Source of the DNA: an uncultured archaeon
Lineage (GTDB): Archaea > Asgardarchaeota > Heimdallarchaeia > Heimdallarchaeales > Kariarchaeaceae
DNA length: 14,008 nt
Direction of reading: 5' to 3'
Assembly (NCBI GenBank): GCA_964645535.1
Contig: CAZYCQ010000071.1
Location: 1-14,008, forward strand
In this document: positions 7,744 through 14,008 of the stretch, in pieces
Layout of the letters: every line of letters starts with the position of its first letter
How positions within the stretch are numbered: the stretch's first letter is position 1
Position numbers and translations under genes: made by a program
Notes under the pieces: model-generated
What the model saw: the letters and a program-made list of their open reading frames with translations, nothing else
Told to the model about the DNA's origin: nothing
Databases searched by the model: none

Positions 7744-9531
7744 TTAGGAAATAGATCGCATTATCCGTTCAGTCATGTCCACCGTGGTCTTGTCGAAGTT
7801 GAGGATGAATTGGATGGCAAGGTAGAGTTCTGCGGCAAATTCCTGGCGGAAGAAAAGGATTTCCTCCAATGAGGTGGATTGGGTTTCGAATTGTTTGTAA
7901 GCTTCGTTCCATTCTTCCTCGAAAATTTTCAACAATCTTTCAGTTTTTTCAGTCAGGGCGGATTTTGTCTCAAGAAGATTGGTCAGGGCTTCCATTGGGA
8001 AGTTTCCCTTGAAAGAATGAACTTGGTCAGGAGACACAAGCTGGGGAATGGTTTCAAAGAAGGATGTCCATCGACCGAGATGGAACTTGACAAGTGCCTT
8101 TTTCTCGGGATATTTTTCCATGAGCTTATCTAGTATCCTTTGGGAGAAGATAACGATAGTGTTGAACAGTTCATTCCGTTTGAGTTTTTTCTTGTTTTCC
8201 AGATTCGTTTTCATGGTTTCCCATTCATTTTCCAATTGGAACATCATTTCAAGATCTTGAAGAAAGGCATGTTTTTCACCAGGGGTTATGGTTCGGAGTA
8301 TTTGGAGAAGAGGGGGATTGGGAATGTTCCAAGACCATTCTCCTTTCAATTTGTCTTTCTTTTCCTCATCTCCATCCTCCTTGGGTTTATAGAATAGTGC
8401 CATGAGGGTAATTCCAAGAAGAATGACAAAGATTATGGAGGAGATGAGCATGATGAGCCTCAGTTGCTCCCTTGAAAGTGAGGGATTCCGGATTGCTTCG
8501 ACAATATTCTGATCAGTGGAGAATTTGTGGGGATTGTATTCTACCCTAATCGTTTCGATTCGTGTATTGTTGAAGGGATCCCTTGCCCGGATACCCACAG
8601 TAAGATTGATGGACACACCTTCAGCAATGGGCAAGATCACGTCTGCACTGTTAGTGCCTCTCGATAATTCCTGGAAAGGAATATCATTGACAAGGAGTTC
8701 AAGGGATGAAATTCCGGATTTATCGGTCACCTCCCATTCGACGGTGAGTTGACGTGTTTCAAGCACCTGACCATCATAAGGCCGAATGATCTCAATACTG
8801 GGCGCCAGCAGGTCATCGGTCGATTCCGTCGAATATTCAGCAAGGTTGAAAGAGGTATCCCAAACCCGAATGGAGATGGTACTTGGTCCATCCTGAGGAA
8901 AGATCCGAAAGAAAGTAGCGATCTGGATATGCGTTTTATTCCAAAAGAAATCAGGTGTTGGAAATTCCTGTCCGACATACAAACGGGAGAAGACAACATT
9001 TCCTTGGAAACTGACCTCAACCTGTCGCCATCCGACATTATCTGAGGCAGTGAAATTGACGGGAAGAAGGGTTGAATACGAAGAATTGCCGATGGGTTGA
9101 TAGACAGTAAGGACAGGGGCTTCCGAATCGGTTTTTATGAGATGGAAGATGAAGGGTACGGAAGCTGTTGCGTTGAATTCGGAGGATTCGACGACCAGAT
9201 TAGTTGAATAGTTGTCAGGAGGGATTTTGCTGTTCGAATAGTTTCTGAACAGAACATTATATTGCCCTGGAGCAATCAGAATGGCGGATTCGCCAAGATC
9301 ATATTCAGGGAGCGTATCAAAATAGAAGAAGGCATCATTGACGGGAGACCCATTGAATGTGACGTTTTCTTCGACTACTCTGGTTTCGTTGGGATACAGG
9401 GAAAGGGAAGTGGTGTTCAATGTCAGGGACAGGGTGTTCTGCTGTATCTTTTCAGCTGCGGAGTGATTGAGTTGCGGTACCGTGATTGCAGCAATTGCCA
9501 TGATCAGAAGAAAGGATTTGATCTTCAACAC
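7744..9531 (-). CDS. Single-pass type I membrane glycoprotein with tandem Ig-like ectodomains and a ~210-aa cytoplasmic helical domain
   Basis: Signal peptide; two D..AP.(L/I).(I/V)..P Ig-like repeats ending in IRVWD..FN and IRARD.FN; TM LIMLISSIIFVILLGITLMALFY. Twelve N-X-S/T sequons, all before the TM and none after it. Confidence 0.85.
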   Translation of the reverse strand: MLKIKSFLLIMAIAAITVPQLNHSAAEKIQQNTLSLTLNTTSLSLYPNETRVVEENVTFNGSPVNDAFFYFDTLPEYDLGESAILIAPGQYNVLFRNYSNSKIPPDNYSTNLVVESSEFNATASVPFIFHLIKTDSEAPVLTVYQPIGNSSYSTLLPVNFTASDNVGWRQVEVSFQGNVVFSRLYVGQEFPTPDFFWNKTHIQIATFFRIFPQDGPSTISIRVWDTSFNLAEYSTESTDDLLAPSIEIIRPYDGQVLETRQLTVEWEVTDKSGISSLELLVNDIPFQELSRGTNSADVILPIAEGVSINLTVGIRARDPFNNTRIETIRVEYNPHKFSTDQNIVEAIRNPSLSREQLRLIMLISSIIFVILLGITLMALFYKPKEDGDEEKKDKLKGEWSWNIPNPPLLQILRTITPGEKHAFLQDLEMMFQLENEWETMKTNLENKKKLKRNELFNTIVIFSQRILDKLMEKYPEKKALVKFHLGRWTSFFETIPQLVSPDQVHSFKGNFPMEALTNLLETKSALTEKTERLLKIFEEEWNEAYKQFETQSTSLEEILFFRQEFAAELYLAIQFILNFDKTTVDMTERIMRSIS

Positions 9532-9620
9532 TCACATTAAGTTCCTCTAGAATTTGTAATTTGTGTGGGATAAGTGGCGAGAATGGCAACAAATTTTTCG
9601 GTCATCTTTCGTGGAATGTT

Positions 9621-9659
9621 CAACATGGAATGCAGGATATGAACTGGAATTTCATGTTG
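9621..9659. terminator. Inverted repeat downstream of acs (possible terminator or RNA hairpin)
   Basis: CAACATGGAAT (9621-9631) pairs with ATTTCATGTTG (9649-9659), 10 of 11 complementary, about 40 nt past the acs stop. Confidence 0.35.
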
Positions 9660-9701
9660 TCAAAGCAATTACTGCATGGATTGCAATCAGTCCTCAATAA
9701 A

Positions 9702-11590
9702 TCAGTCTTCAATGGTGCTGATATCTCCTGGATCCTCACCTAGTGCCTGAGCCTTAAGGACACGTCTCATAATCTTGCCGCTTCTGGTCTTCGGCAATGA
9801 TTTCACGAACTCAATATGTTCAGGAACCGCTATAGGACCCATTTCATGTCTGACATGGTTCTTGATTTCCGTTTCCAATCCCTCATACGGTTCAACTCCT
9901 TCATTGAGAATGCAATAGGCATGGATTGCATTTCCCTTGAGTTCATGGGGAAGTCCGATGACTGCCGCCTCTGAGACGAGAGGGTGGCTGACCAAGGCGC
10001 TTTCGATTTCTGCGGTTCCAAGCCTGTATCCGGAAACCTTGATCACGTCATCCAATCTTGCAATGATCCAGAAGTAGCCATCCTTGTCTTTTCTGGCGGA
10101 ATCACCAGCACGATACCATTTCTGTTTCTCATAATGTGACCAGTAAACTTGCTTGTAGCGTTCATCATCTCCATAGATGGTTCTTGCCATTCCTGGCCAC
10201 GGTTTCTTGATGACAAGTACACCTTCCTCTCCAGGGGGCACGGGATTGCCTTCTTCATCAACTACATCCGCATCGATGCCGAAGAGCGGTTTGGTTGCAT
10301 TTCCCGGTTTCAGGGGAGTGATCGGATAGGGGGAGATCATGAATCCGCCGGTCTCGGTCTGCCACCAAGTATCCATGATGGGGCATCGTTCCTGTCCGAC
10401 ACAACGATAATACCATTCCCATGCAGCTGGATTGATGGGTTCTCCGACGGTTCCCAGTAATCTCAATGATGAAATGTTGTGGCGTGTCACCCACGAATCT
10501 CCGAAGCGCATCAGACCCCGTATTGCTGTCGGACTGGTATTCAGGATATTGAACCATATTTCTCGATCATCTTCCATACCCTGTTGGGATAGGGATAATT
10601 AGGTGCACCTTCATAAAGGATGGTGGTGGTTCCGTTGATCAGGGGAGCATAGACGATGAATGAATGACCGGTGATCCAACCGGGATCGGCAAAGCACCAC
10701 CATCGGTCAGTATCCTTGATGTCAAATACGGTTTTATGTACGAAGGAGGAATAGACGGCATATCCACCATGTGTATGCTTTACTCCCTTCGGTTTGCCTG
10801 TCGTACCGGATGTATAAAGAATGAACAGCATGTCCTCGGCATCCATCTCAACTGTAGGGCTTGGTCCCTCAGCGATGGGCAGTGCCTTCAGGTCATGGAA
10901 CCAGAAATCACGTTCAGCTTCCATGTTCACCTCATGGCAGGTTCTCTGAACAACAATGCATCTTTCGATGGTCGGACTCTTGGCCATGGCCTCGTCTGCA
11001 ATACCCTTGAGATCAACTACCTTGCCTCTCCGGAATCCTCCATCAGCGGTGATCAGTAGCCTACTCTGTGCATCAGATATCCGATCCGCAAGGGCTGTGG
11101 AACTGAACCCTGCATACACTACACTATGGGCTGCACCGATTTTGGCACAAGCCAGCATGGCAAAAATCAGTTCAGGGATCTGAGGCATGTAAATGGTCAC
11201 AATATCACCTTTCTTGACGCCCATGGCCTTCAGTATATTGGCAAAACTGCATACCTCACGATCAAGGGCATGGTAGGAGAAGGTTCTGACATCACCATTC
11301 TCTCCTTCCCAGATATAGGCAAGCTTATTGTGTTTCTCGGTTTTCAGGTGACGATCAATGGCATTGTGGACAATATTGATTTTTCCTCCGACAAACCATT
11401 TGTAGAATGGATGATTGGAATCATCGAGCACCTTGTCCCACTTCTTGAACCACTCCAACGATTCGGCCTGTTCAGCCCAAAATCCTTCAGGATCCTCGAT
11501 CGATCGCTTATAGGTATTGTCATATTCCTTGACATTTGCATTCTCGACGATTTCCTTAGGTGGATAGTAAATCTTCTCTTCAGGAGCAAT
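9702..11590 (-). pseudogene. acs: AMP-forming acetyl-CoA synthetase, split by a 1-nt deletion frameshift at ~10552 (fragments 10541..11590 and 9702..10577)
   Basis: Motifs: SIEDPEGFW, KWFVGGKINIVHNAIDRH, LYTSGTTGKPKGV, ADPGWITGHSFIVYAPL, DTWWQTETGG, LPKTRSGKIMRR. The junction reads AAA TAT GGT TC AAT ATC CTG (KYG-x-NIL). The frame is open upstream to ATT GCT CCT GAA (11590). The repaired product would be about 629 aa. Confidence 0.9.
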
Positions 11591-11765
11591 GAAAATTCAA
11601 CTCGGTGAACCTTCATTTTTGTGGAGGTTCTTCAAGGTTTCGGGCAAATGATAAACATATAGCGAATGAATGATTTGGTTTATTGAGGATTATTTGTTAT
11701 AGGTTTGATTTGATATATTCTTTTCCGCAAATGAGTGCTTTTCTCATGAATCTTGTAAACCTTCG

Positions 11766-12617
11766 CTAATTCAGAGCAAGTTTCATGTATGAAGCCTCCT
11801 TTCTGCAATTTGGACATCTTCTACTTTTCATCAACCATAGACGGATGTGTGGTTCGTGAACGATGGTTTCACAGCATGGCATGATAACCAATTCTGAGGA
11901 GTCCTCAATAGTGCCCCGACAGATAATACAAATCCTTTCACCACTTTCCATACTAATAAGCCTAGCCCTAGTGATTTCAAGGATTCTTTCGGTATAGATC
12001 TTGTATATTTTTTCGATAATACTGATGAACGTGATTATGAAATCACATACTTTGGAGATTTCTGTTGCATCAGGGAGTGCCCGAACTACGTTTGTTTCTT
12101 TGGTTCGAAGTGCTTCAGTATGATCCATTATTCTGTTTAGGTTAGCCATGTATTCGGGAACAGAAATCAATTCCTTTACCAGAAAGTCATTCGAGCACCT
12201 AATGAAATACTTGTCAACAAGTTCTGGATGAGTTTCAGCATTCCGGTTGGATAATCTGTCTTGGTCATTTCTTTTGGTAATTGTCAGATCAATGGTGTTC
12301 TGAATGCCTTGGTGAAATGAAAATTCAATTATAATAAAATCGCGATATTTAGGGATATCGTGCATTGTCAAGATCTTGAAACGATAACCTCCTTTAGAGA
12401 TTGACCATTCGCTGATAGGAACAGTGATTGCCCTTTTGATTGGAGAACTACTCTCTCGACTTATTCTGTAATCCTTGAACTCTTGGGATACATCAAATCC
12501 ATTCTCAATGAACACAGAATACCATTCCTGAAGCTGGTTGTGCAATTGTGATTCCTTAGTCCAAAGCAAGACAACCAGACTAGCCAAAACGAAGAAGGTA
12601 AAAAATAGAACAATCAT
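11766..12617 (-). CDS. Membrane-anchored RING-finger protein (putative E3 ubiquitin-ligase-like)
   Basis: N-terminal TM (IVLFFTFFVLASLVVLLW). C-terminal C-x2-C-x14-C-C-x4-H-x2-H-x3-W-x6-C-x2-C (11805-11930). ATG 12617 lies about 24 nt after CTTTATAT (12641-12648); the ORF track gives an alternative TTG start at 12638. Confidence 0.85.
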   Translation of the reverse strand: MIVLFFTFFVLASLVVLLWTKESQLHNQLQEWYSVFIENGFDVSQEFKDYRISRESSSPIKRAITVPISEWSISKGGYRFKILTMHDIPKYRDFIIIEFSFHQGIQNTIDLTITKRNDQDRLSNRNAETHPELVDKYFIRCSNDFLVKELISVPEYMANLNRIMDHTEALRTKETNVVRALPDATEISKVCDFIITFISIIEKIYKIYTERILEITRARLISMESGERICIICRGTIEDSSELVIMPCCETIVHEPHIRLWLMKSRRCPNCRKEASYMKLALN

Positions 12618-12863
12618 ATAAATATGTAGGAAAATCAAAAATATAAAGTTGTTTGCCTATTTATAAAGCAAAAACAATTTGCACCTCCAATTGAGGGAGA
12701 GGAAACAAGATCTTTTCTTCAATCAAACAATCCTTAACATTTTCCGCACATGCTCCATCAATGTTTCAGATGGAGAGGAAATGGATAAGCCTGATCTGTC
12801 TTTGGTTGTCTTGCTGCAAACCTTTTTTCATTCCGCAATGCTCATGGTTTTCATCAATTGCCA

Positions 12864-13064
12864 TCATCGAACCATGAAACGATACCTGAGTTCCGTGGCT
12901 TCTGCTGTGTCTTCCCAGCTTTTCCTTACACCTTGGGAAAGCTGATCAAGATCGACTTCGGGCTCGTTCTCATCCTCCTTGAACAGGACTTCCCTGAAAC
13001 GAGCCCGGAGCTCCGGATCCTTTTCAAGGCGAACGATGAGCATTTCGACGAAATCGTCTGTCAT
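12864..13064 (-). CDS. Small acidic protein (66 aa), possibly a truncated N-terminus of a coiled-coil/PD-(D/E)XK (DUF3782-like) protein
   Basis: ATG 13064 lies about 25 nt after TTTTTAAT. LIVRLEKDPELRARFREVLF resembles the 'L.ED.EFR..(V/L)..LL' N-terminal helix of that family; no nuclease domain follows. Confidence 0.5.
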   Translation of the reverse strand: MTDDFVEMLIVRLEKDPELRARFREVLFKEDENEPEVDLDQLSQGVRKSWEDTAEATELRYRFMVR

Positions 13065-13236
13065 AGTCAATAATATATGTCCATTTTCATTAAAAAGGAT
13101 ATTGGCCGGAAAATTGGAGAGTTATTGCAACCTGTTTGGAATTTTTGGAGAAACACAAAAGTGTTCTTTATTGAAAAAGGAAAATCAAATTTCAAGTGAG
13201 ACAATAGGGAGTTATCAAAAATTTTCTGTTGATGGA

Positions 13237-13485
13237 TTATTCCTGCTTTTCATTGATTATTAAGGCAACTCCTTCATGATTCTCAATAATTTTTGCTGCA
13301 TTCAAATGCTGCATCGTTAATATTGCAGCATGATGTACAGATAAAACCAAATCCTGCATTGTTTGGTCACTTTCAAGTTCTGTTATTTTCAATCCCATGC
13401 TTTTTCCTTCTTTTATAGAAAGGTGCCTTCCATAGGCTGCCATTCCGCTACGGATTTCATTAAGTATTTCATTCCAGCTGGGCAT
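13237..13485 (-). pseudogene. Internally deleted remnant of a Clp-fold S49/SDH-family serine peptidase
   Basis: The family N-terminus MPSWNEILNEI is joined in frame directly to the family C-terminus GRHLSIKE..MGLKITELESDQ..QDLVLSVHHA......AAKIIENHEG. The catalytic core is absent; only 82 aa. Confidence 0.65.
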
Positions 13486-13651
13486 CTTTTGCATTTCCAG
13501 ATTGATTGGAGTAAATCACATATTTCTTCGGTCTGTGTTGTTTTTGAATTTTTATTGGGGTTATTATGTCAAATACATTCCGTTTCGACTTTTCAATCAA
13601 ACGATACATTTCTCTGATTTCTTTTTCTGACAATCTTTTTTTATCAGCCAT
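13469..13651 (-). CDS. Small basic hypothetical protein (60 aa)
   Basis: ATG start, protein-like composition (MADKKRLSEKEIREMYRLIEKSK...), overlaps the next gene's start by 17 nt. Confidence 0.5.
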   Translation of the reverse strand: MADKKRLSEKEIREMYRLIEKSKRNVFDIITPIKIQKQHRPKKYVIYSNQSGNAKDAQLE

Positions 13652-13805
13652 CTTATTTCTATTTTTTTTAAGGAAATAAAGGATTTTGCGATTTTGCTAG
13701 ATTTGTAGCTATAATGATTTTTTCTTATTTCAATACAATAAGCACAAAGTTAAAAGAATGCAATTAAAAGACATAATTCCTCGATTAAATATTACACTTG
13801 CTTTT

Positions 13806-13835
13806 TTTTGCGTATAAGCCCTACTATACGCGAAA
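13806..13835. other. Inverted repeat / stem-loop in a divergent intergenic region
   Basis: GCGTATA (13810-13816) and TATACGC (13825-13831) form a perfect 7-bp stem with an 8-nt loop, extendable with TTTT/GAAA. Confidence 0.5.
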
Positions 13836-13958
13836 GTACCTATAAGTCAATCAATGGGTCTTCCATGGGAACCCGAGAAATGTTTCAATTGAACCTTCAA
13901 CAAAAATTTTTTTCCAGTTTCCGAAAATCGACAGATTGAAGTGGTCAATGAAGTTACC

Positions 13959-14008
13959 ATGACACAAGATCCCGAAATCAGATTAAATGTTTGGCAAGAC
14001 AACATGGA
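13959..14008 (+). CDS. 5' end of a gene truncated by the window edge (MTQDPEIRLNVWQDNM...)
   Basis: ATG at 13959 (in-frame GTG at 13941), open to the end of the window; too short to identify. Confidence 0.35.
   Translation, partial: MTQDPEIRLNVWQDNM

Noticed and set aside
10545-10560. Programmed ribosomal frameshift in acs
   Set aside because: No slippery heptamer or homopolymer at the junction, and acs is not known to be recoded. A simple 1-nt deletion explains it.
11344-11616. 90-aa ORF MKVHRVEF... as the acs N-terminus or a separate gene
   Set aside because: The ACS-like N-terminal sequence (YYPPKEIVENANV...SIEDPEGFW) is in the 10541..11458 frame. This ORF is an off-frame shadow.
1-14008. 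tRNA, rRNA, transposase, integrase or cas genes
   Set aside because: No cloverleaf or rRNA-like sequence, terminal inverted repeats, or DDE, recombinase or Cas motifs were recognised in the window.

Overview
Archaeal genomic window, most likely from an Asgard (Heimdall-/Loki-like) archaeon. This is inferred from BRE/TATA promoters with leaderless starts, GGTGA-type Shine-Dalgarno motifs, an archaeal class III (pilin) signal peptide, sequon-rich surface proteins with C-terminal TM plus basic tails, and a membrane-anchored RING-finger protein. The window opens with one complete 37-nt CRISPR-type repeat (2-38) and contains no cas genes. Three surface-protein genes follow: an Ig-like glycoprotein, a DNRLRE-type protein, and a pilin-like protein with a thrombospondin-C-like lectin domain broken by an in-frame TAA. 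Next come a hypothetical protein and a divergent module: a Tk-subtilisin-like S8 protease that appears to lack the I9 propeptide, opposite a secreted DxDxDG protein coupled to a double-HTH Lrp/AsnC regulator, with repeated operator-like boxes between them. The remainder holds a receptor-like single-pass Ig protein, a frameshifted acetyl-CoA synthetase, the TM-RING protein, two gene remnants (including an internally deleted Clp-fold S49/SDH peptidase), a small ORF, a structured intergenic stretch, and the start of a gene cut by the window edge. All family calls come from motif recognition by eye; no database searches were run.
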